Source of the DNA: an uncultured cyanobacterium
Lineage (GTDB): Bacteria > Cyanobacteriota > Cyanobacteriia > Cyanobacteriales > Nostocaceae
Assembly (NCBI GenBank): GCA_963706595.1
Contig: OY970166.1
Span: 5,280,001-5,344,000, forward strand
DNA length: 64,000 nucleotides
Direction of reading: 5' to 3'
Positions within the stretch are counted from its first letter, which is position 1. Each line of letters opens with the position of its first letter. A model generated the notes under the pieces. That model searched no databases. It was not told where the DNA came from and saw only the letters and a list, made by a program, of their open reading frames with translations. Made by a program: the position numbers and the translations under genes. Of the stretch, positions 1 to 11,194 are shown one piece after another.

Positions 1-498
1 AAAGATTTAACTACAGTCATTCAACGCCGTTCAACTCCCCAATCTCTGGAACAATTAGTCACACTCACCTCCCAAGAAGAGCAAGTTCGGCAACTACCTA
101 CCTATCCCCGTCCTCATCTTCATGTTCCTTATGTCCCTCCTCGTAACCCAACGGAAACAATTATCGCTGCAACTTGGCAAAGATTTCTGGGAATTGAAAA
201 AGTGGGAATGGATGATGACTTTTTTGAATTAGGTGGTCATTCTCTATTAGCAACGGAAATTATCTCCACATTGCGCGATCAATTTCAACAAGAACTTCCT
301 TTAAATTACTTATTTGAAGTATCTACTGTGGCTGGATTAGCGTCCATGATCACCAAAACAGACAGTACTGGTTTGCAAAATATCCAACCTACCCAAGTAG
401 ATGAGACTCAAAATCTGCTATTGGAACTCAATGAACTATCTACTAATGAAGTAGATTCTCTACTCAACCAAATTTTAACCAGTGATCAACATGACTAA
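1..498 (+). CDS. C-terminal part of NRPS/PKS multienzyme (carrier-protein domain), 5'-truncated by window edge
   Basis: Frame open from position 1: ...PYVPPRNPTETIIAATWQRFLGIEKVGMDDDFFELGGHSLLA; GGHSL phosphopantetheine attachment motif. Confidence 0.88.
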   Translation, partial: KDLTTVIQRRSTPQSLEQLVTLTSQEEQVRQLPTYPRPHLHVPYVPPRNPTETIIAATWQRFLGIEKVGMDDDFFELGGHSLLATEIISTLRDQFQQELPLNYLFEVSTVAGLASMITKTDSTGLQNIQPTQVDETQNLLLELNELSTNEVDSLLNQILTSDQHD

Positions 499-1252
499 CG
501 TTTCTACAGATATTGTTCTAGACCAATGGTTTAAACCATTACCTGCTAATCCCCAAGCTGATCTCCGTTTATTTTGCTTTCCTTATGCTGGGGGAAGCGC
601 ACAAATTTTTCGCCCTTGGTCAAATCAACTATCAAATATGCTGGAGGTTTATCCGATTGAGTTACCTGGACACGGACGGCGACGTAAAGAAACTCCTTTT
701 CGAGATTTCCAGACTCTGCTAAACGCAATAGTCCCTGTGATTATCCCTGATCTGGACAAACCTTTTGCCTTCTTTGGTCACAGCATGGGGGCATTGATTG
801 CCTTTGAACTTGCTTGTAAACTACGTGATCAAGGTCAACCTCTACCTAGTCATCTGTTTGTTTCCGGTCGTCGCGCCCCGCAACTGCAAGACAAAAATCC
901 ACCCACATACAACCTAACTGATGAAGAACTAGTGAAGAAGTTGCACTGGTTAAAAGGAACATCCTCAAGCCTTCTCGATGACCCAGAAATGATGCAACTG
1001 ATGTTGCCGATTTTGCGAGCTGATTTTACTGTGTGTGAAACTTACCAATATATAAAAAAAGCCCCTCTTCCTTGTCCCATCACCGCTTTTGGAGGATGGC
1101 GCGATCCGGCGAGTCGTAGAGGTGGTTTGCAAGGATGGCGAGAACACACAACTGCTAATTTCACGAAGAAAACTTTTCCTGGAAATCATTTTTTCTTACA
1201 CTCCGCCCAAACCCACCTGCTGAAGTTTCTCAATCAGCAATTAATGAAGTGA
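491..1252 (+). CDS. Type II thioesterase (GrsT-like)
   Basis: LFCFPYAGG, GHSMG nucleophile motif, C-terminal GNHFF; ATG at 491 overlaps the upstream gene end. Confidence 0.92.
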   Translation: MTNVSTDIVLDQWFKPLPANPQADLRLFCFPYAGGSAQIFRPWSNQLSNMLEVYPIELPGHGRRRKETPFRDFQTLLNAIVPVIIPDLDKPFAFFGHSMGALIAFELACKLRDQGQPLPSHLFVSGRRAPQLQDKNPPTYNLTDEELVKKLHWLKGTSSSLLDDPEMMQLMLPILRADFTVCETYQYIKKAPLPCPITAFGGWRDPASRRGGLQGWREHTTANFTKKTFPGNHFFLHSAQTHLLKFLNQQLMK

Positions 1253-1574
1253 TGTCTAAAAATACTTGACAGTAGATAGCAATACTGAAATAATGAGATA
1301 TGTAATAGCTAAGAAAAACTATTAATATCTCAAACAGTAATTCCTGCATATCCTAGTTGGGTGTGTTGCTCAATCGTGAAAAAAAATATTGAAGTACCGA
1401 TGAGTGCGATCGCACTAATTTTCTTCGATTTATGCCCATATTCAGAGTATTTTGAGTTAAATATCTCTGATATTGGGGTTAACGGATACCCATTTCTAGA
1501 TTTAGTTCTGGGGTGTAAATTTCTGCCAATCTTGACTTTTTATTGAGATTATATCTTGATAATGTGTTTATTGG

Positions 1575-1591
1575 TTGATAAATATTTTCAA
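1575..1591. promoter_or_regulatory. Probable Fur (iron) box upstream of TonB receptor
   Basis: Imperfect palindrome TTGATAAATATTTTCAA ~30 nt before an iron-uptake gene; a second box-like ATTGAGATTATATCTTGAT at ~1542-1560. Confidence 0.55.
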
Positions 1592-1622
1592 TTTATAAAA
1601 AACTAAGCATTCAGTAACTTTG

Positions 1623-4208
1623 ATGAACAAACACTTTTTTTTGTACCCTATTATCCCAATAACAACAATCTTGATGACAACTGTGGTTCAGGCCGCACCG
1701 TCTTCTGTAACTGATGTGCAACTAAATAGTATCGATGATGATAGTCTGCAACTGATCATCGTCTCGCCTAATTCTGCCGAAATAGAAGTTATAGAAAGCT
1801 TTTCAGGGGATAGAACGGTTGTAATTGACCTTCTGCAAACACAACTACAATTACCAGGACAAGAAAGCCTTCTTTGGTCTGATCCGTCTGTGGACATTAA
1901 AGAAATCACCGTTTTTCAGGAATCTCCTGAGCGGATTCAGTTAAGAATTGAGGGAGCAAGCACATTTCCAGATGTCAATATTGAATCAACTGTTGAAGGA
2001 CTTATTTTCAACTTACCCAAGCCAGGAAGTTTAGCAGAAACAACTCCTGAAGCACCAGCAGAAACAACTTCTACAGAAGAAGCAACTGAACCAATTGAAT
2101 TATTTGTTACCGCAACTCGTACAGAAGAAAATATACTTAATATTCCTCGCTCGATAACTGTGATTCGCCGAGAAGCAATTGAACAACAATCACAACTATC
2201 TAATAATCTTGCAGATATTTTAGGGAACACTGTACCTGGTTTTGGTCCACCCAGCCAAAGTGCTTCTAACCGCGCTCAATCCTTACGTGGTCGTCAACCT
2301 TCAGTCTTAATTGATGGTGTACCTTTATCTAGCAACCTGAGCGTTTTTCAAGATTTACGTAGTATTTCTCCTGATGCAGTTGAACGAGTAGAAGTTGTTC
2401 GAGGTCCCACATCAATCTACGGTGCAGAAGCACGGGGTGGCGTAATCAATATTATTACTCGTCAACCTACAGAAGAAGCATTTACTGCTAGTACCAACTT
2501 CAAAATTGGTCCAAGAATTTCCTTGTCTAATTTTTCTCAGAGTTTCGGCGCAGGAATTGAACAACTATTTTCTGGTCGTGTAGGAAATTTTGATTATATT
2601 CTCAATACTTCCTACGAAGGAACTGGTAACATTTTTGATGCTCAAGGAGATATTATTCCCGTAGGTAGGTCACAAGGTTTAGATAACTTAGAGACTTTTA
2701 ACATCTTAGCCAAAGCAGGTTTAAATATTACTCCTGACCAACGGTTACAGCTAACAGTTAATTATTTTGACGATAAACAAAATCCACCAACATTACCAGA
2801 TCCTAGCGTTGATCAAATTAATGAGCGAGTTAAATCAAGACCATTAAACCTTGACAGGGGATTAGAATTAGAAAACTTACCTGGTCGAGAAAACTTAACC
2901 ATTAATTTGAATTATTCTCATGAAAATTTTTTAAATAGTGATTTAAATGTACAAGCATTCTTTAATGAATCTAGTGTTGTAACTATTCCCCAAGATAATC
3001 GCCGGACAATTTTTCAGTCTGTTTCTCGTAGTATTACCGAATCAAATAAATATGGCGCACGCCTTGGTATTAATACACCCTTGGCAACAAATTTAAAGTT
3101 GCTTTGGGGAGCAGATTATTCTAAGGAATCTATTGAACAGCCCTTAGATATTTTTAATCCTAATGTCTTTGATCAAAGTGGTGGTACAAGATTTGAAAAA
3201 ATTGATGAAGCCTTCTTTTCTCCGCCTTATGATTTAGAAACATTAGGTTTATTTAGTCAATTAAATTGGCAAGCTAATGAGCGATTATCTTTGACTGGAG
3301 GACTAAGATTTGAACGTTTTAATATGTCAGTTGATAATTTTAATGTCCTTGGCTCTATTAATGTCCCTCAGCTTCCAGATGCAGCAGAAGAAGTTACTGG
3401 TGGTCAAGTAAGTTTTAATGATGTTGTATTTAACATCGGGGCAAATTATGATGTAAGCGATACTGTGAGCGTTTATGCTAATTTTGCTCAAGGATTTTCT
3501 GCACCAGATTTTCGTCGTTTCTTGAGATTTCTGCCATTATTTGTGAGTAATTTACCAGCACGAGTGAGTGAAGATATTCAAGTCACTCAACCAATTATTG
3601 TTGATAATTATGAAATTGGTGTCAGAGGCAACTGGGATAAATTACAAGCCTCTCTTGCTGGATTTTTTACTTACTCAGAATTAGGACAAAATGAACGTCG
3701 CAGCCAAGATGGCTCTTTTTTAGAATCTAGTCGAGAACCTACACGCACTTATGGAATAGAGGCAACGGTTGATTATCAAATTGATAATAACTGGCAGTTG
3801 GGAGGCAATTTTACTTGGGTTGAGGGAGACAGTAATCCTGCAACAGTGGATAATTTTCTTCCTTTAAGTACTGTGGATATTCAGCCAATAAAAATTGGTT
3901 TATATGCCCAAAATCAAACTACTCCTACTTGGGCAAATCGCTTACAATTGCTGATGGTTGGAAGTCGCAATCGTGCTTTTGAAAACACAATCAATAATAA
4001 TCCTATTGACCCTTTCCCTATTAATAGCTACACCACTCTAGACTGGATTAGTCAGTTACAAATAGGAAGAGGAAACTTAACCTTAGCAGTTCAAAATCTT
4101 CTCAATAATCAATATTTCCCCATTGACTCCCAAACTCAGAGGAGAAACCAAGAAAATGCAGCTGCGCTAGGACGTACCATTAGTTTGCAATATCAGTTTA
4201 GGTGGTAA
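1623..4208 (+). CDS. TonB-dependent siderophore receptor with N-terminal AMIN domain
   Basis: Signal peptide, AMIN-like region, TonB box ELFVTATRTE, plug motif ERVEVVRGPTSIYG, aromatic C-terminus QYQFRW. Confidence 0.93.
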   Translation: MNKHFFLYPIIPITTILMTTVVQAAPSSVTDVQLNSIDDDSLQLIIVSPNSAEIEVIESFSGDRTVVIDLLQTQLQLPGQESLLWSDPSVDIKEITVFQESPERIQLRIEGASTFPDVNIESTVEGLIFNLPKPGSLAETTPEAPAETTSTEEATEPIELFVTATRTEENILNIPRSITVIRREAIEQQSQLSNNLADILGNTVPGFGPPSQSASNRAQSLRGRQPSVLIDGVPLSSNLSVFQDLRSISPDAVERVEVVRGPTSIYGAEARGGVINIITRQPTEEAFTASTNFKIGPRISLSNFSQSFGAGIEQLFSGRVGNFDYILNTSYEGTGNIFDAQGDIIPVGRSQGLDNLETFNILAKAGLNITPDQRLQLTVNYFDDKQNPPTLPDPSVDQINERVKSRPLNLDRGLELENLPGRENLTINLNYSHENFLNSDLNVQAFFNESSVVTIPQDNRRTIFQSVSRSITESNKYGARLGINTPLATNLKLLWGADYSKESIEQPLDIFNPNVFDQSGGTRFEKIDEAFFSPPYDLETLGLFSQLNWQANERLSLTGGLRFERFNMSVDNFNVLGSINVPQLPDAAEEVTGGQVSFNDVVFNIGANYDVSDTVSVYANFAQGFSAPDFRRFLRFLPLFVSNLPARVSEDIQVTQPIIVDNYEIGVRGNWDKLQASLAGFFTYSELGQNERRSQDGSFLESSREPTRTYGIEATVDYQIDNNWQLGGNFTWVEGDSNPATVDNFLPLSTVDIQPIKIGLYAQNQTTPTWANRLQLLMVGSRNRAFENTINNNPIDPFPINSYTTLDWISQLQIGRGNLTLAVQNLLNNQYFPIDSQTQRRNQENAAALGRTISLQYQFRW

Positions 4209-4269
4209 TACCAACTTGAAAACTTTGATATAGAAGGCGATCGCCAATCCAAAATCCCCAATTGTATTT

Positions 4270-5199
4270 ATGTTACAGCGTTTTTCCTTATCCCTTTTTC
4301 TTTTAGGATTACTCACTCTCATTAGTTGTCAAAGCAATGAAACTGTCTCCCGGCCTATTCCTGATCCTGCTAATTTAATTACTCATACTAGAGGAGAAAC
4401 TGCTGTTCCAATTAATCCTGAGCGTGTAGTAGCTTTAGATAATATTGCTCTGGATAGTGTACTCACTCTAGGAGTACAGCCAATAGCAGCCCTTATTGAC
4501 CAAAGTACACGGGAATTTCCAGTACATCTGCGCGATCAGATTACAGATAGGACGGAAAAACTGTCTTCTAACCAGCCAAATTTAGAAAGAATTATTCAAC
4601 TAAAGCCAGATTTAATTATTGGTGGAAAAAATGTCGAGCCAGTTTATGGTCAACTTAATCAAATTGCACCAACCATTTTGTTAGAACAGGGTGGAAGCAA
4701 TGACTGGAAAAGTGGATTTTTACTGACAGCTAAAGCACTGGGAAAATTGAAGCAGGGAGAAACTTTGTTAGATAACTATAATCAGCGTGTAGAACAGTTG
4801 CGATCGCGCTTAAAAAATCCTGAAGAAATCGAGGTGTCAGTAGTACGAATTTTTCCACAAGGACTACGGCTTTATCAAAATGATACTTTTATTGGAGGTA
4901 TACTAAAAGATATTGGATTATCTCGTCCTGCCAGTCAAAATGAAAATAATTCATGGTTACAAATTTCACGGGAAAGATTAGAGGAAGCAGATGGAGATGT
5001 CATATTTGTCTGGAATTTAGGGGAGGAAGCACAAAATAATTTAGCACAATTAAAAAAAGATCCGTTATGGTCTAAATTGAATGCTGTGCAGGCAGGGAAA
5101 GTTTATGAAGTTCCCGCTTATTGGATAGGTAGTGGTTCTATTGCTGCTAACAAAGTCTTGAATGACCTGACAACTTACTTGTTAGACAAAGAAGATTAA
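4270..5199 (+). CDS. Iron-siderophore ABC transporter substrate-binding lipoprotein (FhuD/FecB-like)
   Basis: Lipobox LISC, PERVVALD, PNLERIIQLKPDLII, W..L.AV..GKVY motifs. Confidence 0.9.
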   Translation: MLQRFSLSLFLLGLLTLISCQSNETVSRPIPDPANLITHTRGETAVPINPERVVALDNIALDSVLTLGVQPIAALIDQSTREFPVHLRDQITDRTEKLSSNQPNLERIIQLKPDLIIGGKNVEPVYGQLNQIAPTILLEQGGSNDWKSGFLLTAKALGKLKQGETLLDNYNQRVEQLRSRLKNPEEIEVSVVRIFPQGLRLYQNDTFIGGILKDIGLSRPASQNENNSWLQISRERLEEADGDVIFVWNLGEEAQNNLAQLKKDPLWSKLNAVQAGKVYEVPAYWIGSGSIAANKVLNDLTTYLLDKED

Positions 5200-5380
5200 G
5201 CTAAACTTACCCCAGCGCAAATTTACTAAGGAGACATCAAAAGTTAGTAGTTTGAAGAATGCAGGCTTTTGAAAATTTATACAAGTATTTTCCAAGTTAA
5301 ACCAGATTTTCAAATTTAAAACTATTGATTATCTAGGTTCTCTTTTAGTCGTGTTATGTATCATTTAAATAATCTGTAAT

Positions 5381-6358
5381 ATGTCAATATCAGAAATAGA
5401 TTTTCAGCAATGTCGATTTTGCTCGGATATATCACAAGCTGTAGGAGAAAGCCCAACTGGAACAGCAGGTTATTATGATTATTGGTTAGTAGTTGAATTA
5501 CCTCAACCGTGGTCAGAAACTGCTTTTGAACAAAGTCAAGTTTTAAAACCTTATTTAGAAATAATCAAATTCTTGATTTATAAAAAAGGTATGAAAATTC
5601 GACCACTGGCAATCGCATCTGATCCTGAATATTCTCAGCCCGGTTATACAAGAGTTTTATTTTATCGTCGTCCTCAATATTTGTTTGCTCGTTATCAGCA
5701 AGAAGAATATTTAATTCCTGATGTGGAGTTAGGTAACTTAGTTTCAGCACTCCTTGTTGAACCTGAAAGACTGATTGACTTTAATCAATATCAACAAGAT
5801 AATACCCATCAGTATGATATTTTAATTTGTACTCATGGAAATATTGATGTCGCTTGTTCCCGTTATGGCTATCCTCTCTATGAAAATTGGCGAAAGCAGG
5901 CTAATTCCCAGTTTCGAGTTTGGCGGTGTAGTCATTTTGGTGGACATCGGTTTGCTCCAACTGCGATTAGTCTTCCAGATGGACGTTACTGGGGACATTT
6001 AGTGCCAGAAGCATTGAGTTTAATAATTAAACAAAAAGGAAATCTGAATGATATCAAGTCCTATTATCGTGGTTGGGCTGGCGTAAACCAATGGGTGCAA
6101 ATCGCTGAAGGAGAAATTTGGTTAAATCATGGTTGGGATTGGTGTAATTATCTGAAAGCAGGAGAAGTCTTAGAAGCAGACAAAAACAAAGAATGGGCAA
6201 CAGTTCGCATTCATTATTCCTCTGTTAATGGAGAAGATAATGGTACATACAATGCAAAAATCGAGAGTATTAAAGAATTAACAACAGCAGGAGACTCTGG
6301 TTCTCCTCCTAGTAGTGCTGTAGTTAAACAGTATCAAGCTACTATTCTATACCGATAA
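5381..6358 (+). CDS. Sucrase/ferredoxin-like (Apd1/Aim32-type) 2Fe-2S protein
   Basis: CTHGNIDVAC and CSHFGGHRFAP motifs. Confidence 0.85.
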   Translation: MSISEIDFQQCRFCSDISQAVGESPTGTAGYYDYWLVVELPQPWSETAFEQSQVLKPYLEIIKFLIYKKGMKIRPLAIASDPEYSQPGYTRVLFYRRPQYLFARYQQEEYLIPDVELGNLVSALLVEPERLIDFNQYQQDNTHQYDILICTHGNIDVACSRYGYPLYENWRKQANSQFRVWRCSHFGGHRFAPTAISLPDGRYWGHLVPEALSLIIKQKGNLNDIKSYYRGWAGVNQWVQIAEGEIWLNHGWDWCNYLKAGEVLEADKNKEWATVRIHYSSVNGEDNGTYNAKIESIKELTTAGDSGSPPSSAVVKQYQATILYR

Positions 6359-6498
6359 TTAACCCTTGCTGAGTGCGTTGCCTAATTAGTAAAATAGAAA
6401 TATTGCGATTGCTCATAGCAGAAAGCGCAGATCAAGAAATAATGGTCTTACGCCAATACAGAGACGAAGAAGAATATATAAATTTGAGAAGGTAAACA

Positions 6499-7362
6499 AT
6501 GAAACAAAATTCATTATTTACTAACCGCATAGCCGTGCTAGCAACAATGCACCAAAAAGAAAAAGCGATCGCTCCGATTTTAGAATCAGAATTAGGCATT
6601 TATATTACCGTACCTAAACATTTTAATACAGATAGTTTTGGTACATTTACGAGAAAAATTAACCGGATAAATACTCAAATTGCCACGGCTAGATTAAAAG
6701 CGGAAAAAGCATTAGAATTGACAGGTGAAACTCTAGTAATAGCGAGCGAAGGTAGTTTTGCACCTCACCCTAGTACACCTTTTCTGGCTAGTAATAGAGA
6801 AATTGTGATTATTTTAGATAAAAAACATAATTTAGAAATAATTGGAGAAGAATTTTCCCTAGAAACTAATCATAATCATATAGTTGTGGAAAGTGTAGAA
6901 CAGGCATTTGAGTTTGCTGAAAAAATAGGCTTTCCTGAACATGGTTTGGTAGTTATGTTTAGTGAATATCCGCCATCTAGCCAACAAATTATTCAAGGCA
7001 TTATTACACCAGAACAACTTGTAGAATCTGTAAATTATGTTCTAGAAAATTCACCAACAGGTAAAGCACATCTGGAAACAGATATGCGGGCAATGTATAA
7101 CCCTACACGCATGAATAATATCGCCAAAGCTACTCAAGATTTGGTCAGAAAAATTAACAGTCTTTGTCCAAAATGTTCCGCCCCTGGTTTTGCAATTACC
7201 CAAAAAATTCCGGGTTTACCTTGTGCAATCTGCCACTCTCCAACTCTTGTAACGCTAACTGTGATTTATCAATGTCAAAAATGCGGTTTTAGTCAAAAAA
7301 AACCATTTCCCCAAACAAGTCAATATGCTGACCCAGCACAATGTCTGTATTGCAATCCTTAA
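6499..7362 (+). CDS. DUF6671-like protein with Cys-rich C-terminus
   Basis: LATMHQKE, ASEGSF.PHP, ETDMRAMYNPTRM; CxxC clusters at the C-terminus. Confidence 0.7.
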   Translation: MKQNSLFTNRIAVLATMHQKEKAIAPILESELGIYITVPKHFNTDSFGTFTRKINRINTQIATARLKAEKALELTGETLVIASEGSFAPHPSTPFLASNREIVIILDKKHNLEIIGEEFSLETNHNHIVVESVEQAFEFAEKIGFPEHGLVVMFSEYPPSSQQIIQGIITPEQLVESVNYVLENSPTGKAHLETDMRAMYNPTRMNNIAKATQDLVRKINSLCPKCSAPGFAITQKIPGLPCAICHSPTLVTLTVIYQCQKCGFSQKKPFPQTSQYADPAQCLYCNP

Positions 7363-7373
7363 TGATACAGTAC

Positions 7374-7403
7374 GCGATACCTGACGGTAAGCTTCGCTAA
7401 CGC
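7374..7403. repeat. Small element inserted in a HIP1 site (SDR5-like)
   Basis: GCGAT-[22 nt acctgacggtaagcttcgctaa]-CGC. Confidence 0.5.
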
Positions 7404-7723
7404 GCCGGAATTATCAGCGAGCGATGGCTTCGGGGTGGGGAACTTGAGCGCACAAAATTACTTCAATTGTTTAGAATTAAATTCATACCATTCGTGATGC
7501 TGTGGAAGAACTAGGAAGCGTGATGAATACAAGTTAAGTATTTATTGGGTTTATAAAGTATTTATATTTACATAAAATATCATCTTGATGGGGCAGAGCA
7601 ATCCCATTCAACGGTCTACTTTTAGAGTACCTCGCAAATGTTGGGGATAAATTAGCATAAATCCTGATGGTGCGATTGGTTTGTAATGGATATATTAGGC
7701 GGATAAAACTTTAAGTGAATAAG

Positions 7724-8707
7724 ATGAAAAATATACACAATACCCAAAGGCTATTACTAGTATTGCTGCTTGTGCTATCTCCTCTGAAAATCAGGGAAGC
7801 AGTAGCTCAAACAACACCTTTAACATCAGCAGTTGAAGAACAGAACATACCATTCGATTTAGCCCCCAAGGAGAATCCACAATTAGATAATCAACCTGAT
7901 ACACAATTGCCTCAAGCCGCAAAAAATCCTCGCCAGAAGTCTAATATTGATGTTATTGTGCAACTTCAAGCTGATGATGAAATATGGCAACAGATGCGCG
8001 CTGGTAAGCCATGCTTAGAAAACTCAGCGACTTGTTTACAGCAGCTGCAAGATCAAGCGATCGCTCAGTCACCTTTACTCAAAGAAATTGATCATCGTAT
8101 TGCTGAGGCTAATGAAACTATAAACCAAGCTAGAGCTAAGAATCAAAAATCTATTCAGCTTGCGGCTTTAACGCCAGCACTGCAATATATTCTAGGACCA
8201 GCACCACAACCAGAACAACCACAACAACGAGAAAATAGGCTTATTGATCATGTTTTGGGCATTATTCGTGGTGATACAGGATTGATTCAGGGGCTATTCC
8301 GAGTAGTTAGCATACCATTTTTTAATAGAAATCGAAGTATAAATACTGAGGCTCAACGTCAGGCACTACCTATTACGGATGTTCAAGTAAAAGTAGATGA
8401 GTTGCAACGAGGAAGAGCAAAGTTAGTAGATGAAATTAGGGAAAATGTAGCTTTATCTTTGAGTAATTTTGATACAGCAAGAACAGATTTTCAAACTGCT
8501 CAATCTTCAGCTAATCGGGCTATTGACGAGTTTAAAGATATTGAAAGTAGATTTGTTCAGGGTAATTATGATTCTGAAACTTATCTTTTACGTCATAATC
8601 AACTTGAGAATACAAAAGTTCAAACTTATCGCTCTTGGATAAATATGCGAAGGGCTTTATTTGATTTAAAATTGCTTGTTCTCAATATTAAAGATGTAGA
8701 AATTTAA
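7724..8707 (+). CDS. Exported helical hypothetical protein (TolC-like helical region possible)
   Basis: Signal peptide, coiled-coil/helical composition; no firm family motif. Confidence 0.6.
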   Translation: MKNIHNTQRLLLVLLLVLSPLKIREAVAQTTPLTSAVEEQNIPFDLAPKENPQLDNQPDTQLPQAAKNPRQKSNIDVIVQLQADDEIWQQMRAGKPCLENSATCLQQLQDQAIAQSPLLKEIDHRIAEANETINQARAKNQKSIQLAALTPALQYILGPAPQPEQPQQRENRLIDHVLGIIRGDTGLIQGLFRVVSIPFFNRNRSINTEAQRQALPITDVQVKVDELQRGRAKLVDEIRENVALSLSNFDTARTDFQTAQSSANRAIDEFKDIESRFVQGNYDSETYLLRHNQLENTKVQTYRSWINMRRALFDLKLLVLNIKDVEI

Positions 8708-8905
8708 TTAACAGGCAACAGGGAACAGAAAAATTTTCATCCCTACTCTAACAGGGATAAAATTTGCGCTAACCTAACAACATCAATCCCCGCAACATTA
8801 GCCCAAGCCTCTAACTGCTAGGGAAGACAGCATTGGTCGGGGCTTGTTACCCCTTTCTTTGTTGGATCTGTCTCGAACCTGCAACCCCGTTGGTGCGGGG
8901 TTTGG

Positions 8906-9934
8906 TCATACCATTTGCCATGTCATTTCCTGCCCCGCCCCCAAAGGTACAAGCCCAGATTCCATAAATGAAACTTGATTAGGAACGCGCCAAGTCGTTT
9001 TGGACAAGGTAATTCGCTCGGTATTACGTGGCAGTTGATAAAAATCTGGGCCATAGAAGCTAGCGAACGCCTCCAGTTTATCCAGGGCTTTCACGCTTTC
9101 AAATGCTGCGGCATACAACTCAAGGGCGTGCAGAGCCGAAAAGCATCCCGCGCAGCCACAGGAACTTTCTTTGCTGGTGCGGGTATGGGGAGCGCTATCG
9201 GTACCTAGAAAAAACTTCGGATTCCCCGATGTTGCCGCTTGCAACAAAGCCTGACGATGCTCCTCTCGTTTCAAAATGGGCAGGCAATAAAAATGGGGGC
9301 GAAGGCCGCCTTTGAACATGGCATTACGGTTAAACAACAAATGTTGTGGCGTAATTGTGGCCGCGATGGTGTTGGCAGACAGGACATACTGCACCGCATC
9401 GGAGGTGGTGATATGCTCAAGCACCACCCGCAGGTTGGGAAAACGCTGCTTGAGGGGGATTAGATGTCGCTCGATAAAAACCTTCTCGCGATCAAACGTA
9501 TCAACATCGTTATCGGTCACTTCCCCGTGCAGTAATAATGGCATTTCCACCTGCTGCATCACTTCAAAGACGCGATCGCACTTCCGAATATCTGTCACAC
9601 CGGAGTCTGAGTTGGTCGTTGCACCAGCTGGGTAGTATTTGACCGCTTTGATAAACTGGGATGCTTTCGCCCGGAGAATGTCGTCGGGGCTGGTGTTGTC
9701 GGTGAGGTAGAGCGTCATCAATGGCTCAAATTGTTGCCCCTCTGGAATGGCGGCGAGGATGCGATCGCGATAAGCAGCCGCATCTGCCACCGAGCGGATA
9801 GGGGGCTTCAAGTTCGGCATGATGATCGCGCGGGCAAACTGACGCACCGTGTAGGGCAGAACCGCTTTCAGTGCTGCACCGTCGCGGAGATGCAGATGCC
9901 AATCGTCAGGTCGGGTAATGGTAAGCTTTTGCAT
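8906..9934 (-). CDS. pyrC: Dihydroorotase (E. coli-type)
   Basis: [37 protein letters not shown]. Confidence 0.97.
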   Translation of the reverse strand: MQKLTITRPDDWHLHLRDGAALKAVLPYTVRQFARAIIMPNLKPPIRSVADAAAYRDRILAAIPEGQQFEPLMTLYLTDNTSPDDILRAKASQFIKAVKYYPAGATTNSDSGVTDIRKCDRVFEVMQQVEMPLLLHGEVTDNDVDTFDREKVFIERHLIPLKQRFPNLRVVLEHITTSDAVQYVLSANTIAATITPQHLLFNRNAMFKGGLRPHFYCLPILKREEHRQALLQAATSGNPKFFLGTDSAPHTRTSKESSCGCAGCFSALHALELYAAAFESVKALDKLEAFASFYGPDFYQLPRNTERITLSKTTWRVPNQVSFMESGLVPLGAGQEMTWQMV

Positions 9935-10011
9935 CCTTATCCAGGTAACTTATATGACATTTTTTTATTAAACTCAGCAAATCGCGTTGCTCCCCGTTGG
10001 ACTTGTCTCAC

Positions 10012-10422
10012 TCAATTAAGATCGTTACGATTAGGTGTCGGCAATTGCATTACCTCAGAAAAACGTGAATACTTAACTTCATCTGTAGGAGGATAATCTG
10101 CTGATACAGCAATTAAGCCCATTTTTATATCCTCGAAATAAATTACACCCCCAATACGTCTTTCAACTTGGAAAGGGGCATGAAAAAAATGATACTCTGC
10201 AATGTAAATCGGGAGAAAGTCAGTAATTTTTATAGACCTACCAAACATTTGCTGACAAGTGTTGTGCAGGACAGCATCTAGGTATTTATTATAGGCAGGC
10301 TTACCCAGATCAGTAAATTCGGCATGATCCGCAAAATGATCCATATAAAATAACCAGATATTGGATAAGTCTGCTTCAATAGTCAGTTTTTGCTTAAGTT
10401 CCTGCAATCGGTCGATGTTCAT
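10012..10422 (-). CDS. Conserved hypothetical protein
   Basis: 136-aa ORF with ATG start and ordinary composition; no motif recognised. Confidence 0.65.
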   Translation of the reverse strand: MNIDRLQELKQKLTIEADLSNIWLFYMDHFADHAEFTDLGKPAYNKYLDAVLHNTCQQMFGRSIKITDFLPIYIAEYHFFHAPFQVERRIGGVIYFEDIKMGLIAVSADYPPTDEVKYSRFSEVMQLPTPNRNDLN

Positions 10423-10891
10423 GTTCGGATATTGATGAAGTGGGACGAGCAGACAGCACTGTTAAAATCTAACATGAGCATAACTTGATTCGGAATTATT
10501 GCATATTTTGGCGATGAAGCAGAGTTGTTGCGTGAAATCCGGATTTTTGGTAAGGGAAAAGTTGGGAGACAGGCGATCGCTTCCTCCTGCTGCGCTCCGC
10601 GCCATCGCTGCTGGCTGGTGCTGTTTTAAGAAAAACGGGTGAAGTTTGGGAATTTGCATCAGTTGCCACACTATAAAATCTTATTTGGGATAAAATCTAC
10701 AGCAGTTATTACGATTTACCACCCTAAAGCAACAGTAATCTGTTAAAGGTGAAGTCTGCGATATTCTAGCTGTTAATTAACCCTAAGCAATCGCCTTCAA
10801 TATCCTAGCCAAAATCTGTAAGTTGGCGGCTTTAATTAAACCCACTTATCCACAAGCGAATTCGCTTCAAACATAACACGGAGACAAAAAA

Positions 10892-10990
10892 GTGCAAATT
10901 ACGAAGCGCAATGTCGAGTTAAGAGTAGATGACAGTTTAATGCGTGTTTATGTAGCGGCTCCCAAAGCACCAGGAGTTTACCCAGGTATA
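10892..10990 (+). pseudogene. 5' fragment of dienelactone hydrolase family gene
   Basis: GGAG RBS then MQITKRNVELRVDDSLMRVYVAAPKAPGVYPGI, breaking off at the IS fragment. Confidence 0.7.
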
Positions 10991-11194
10991 GAACCACAAA
11001 AATTATCCCAACTTTTAGCTATCCATTGACAACGCAGATGTAACATAATTTCTGCATTATTTTGTAACCAAAACTTACTGTTGCCTTTCATGCGTAAATT
11101 AACAACTTGACGAATTAAACTTTCAACTGCACCACTACCGAGAGGTAATTTTCGAGATGCCACCTCGTTATATTTTAAAAGCCTCCTTCTATGG
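10991..11194 (-). mobile_element. Transposase C-terminal fragment (ISLre2/ISKra4-like, IS256 superfamily)
   Basis: LPLGSGAVESLIRQVVNLRMKGNSKFW motif (GSG.VE). Confidence 0.75.

Noticed and set aside
8975..10096. Several plus-strand ORFs over pyrC
   Set aside because: Antisense shadows caused by GC-rich codon usage.
10462..10671. 69-aa minus-strand ORF upstream of the 136-aa gene
   Set aside because: No RBS or family motif recognised; may be a gene remnant but cannot be supported.
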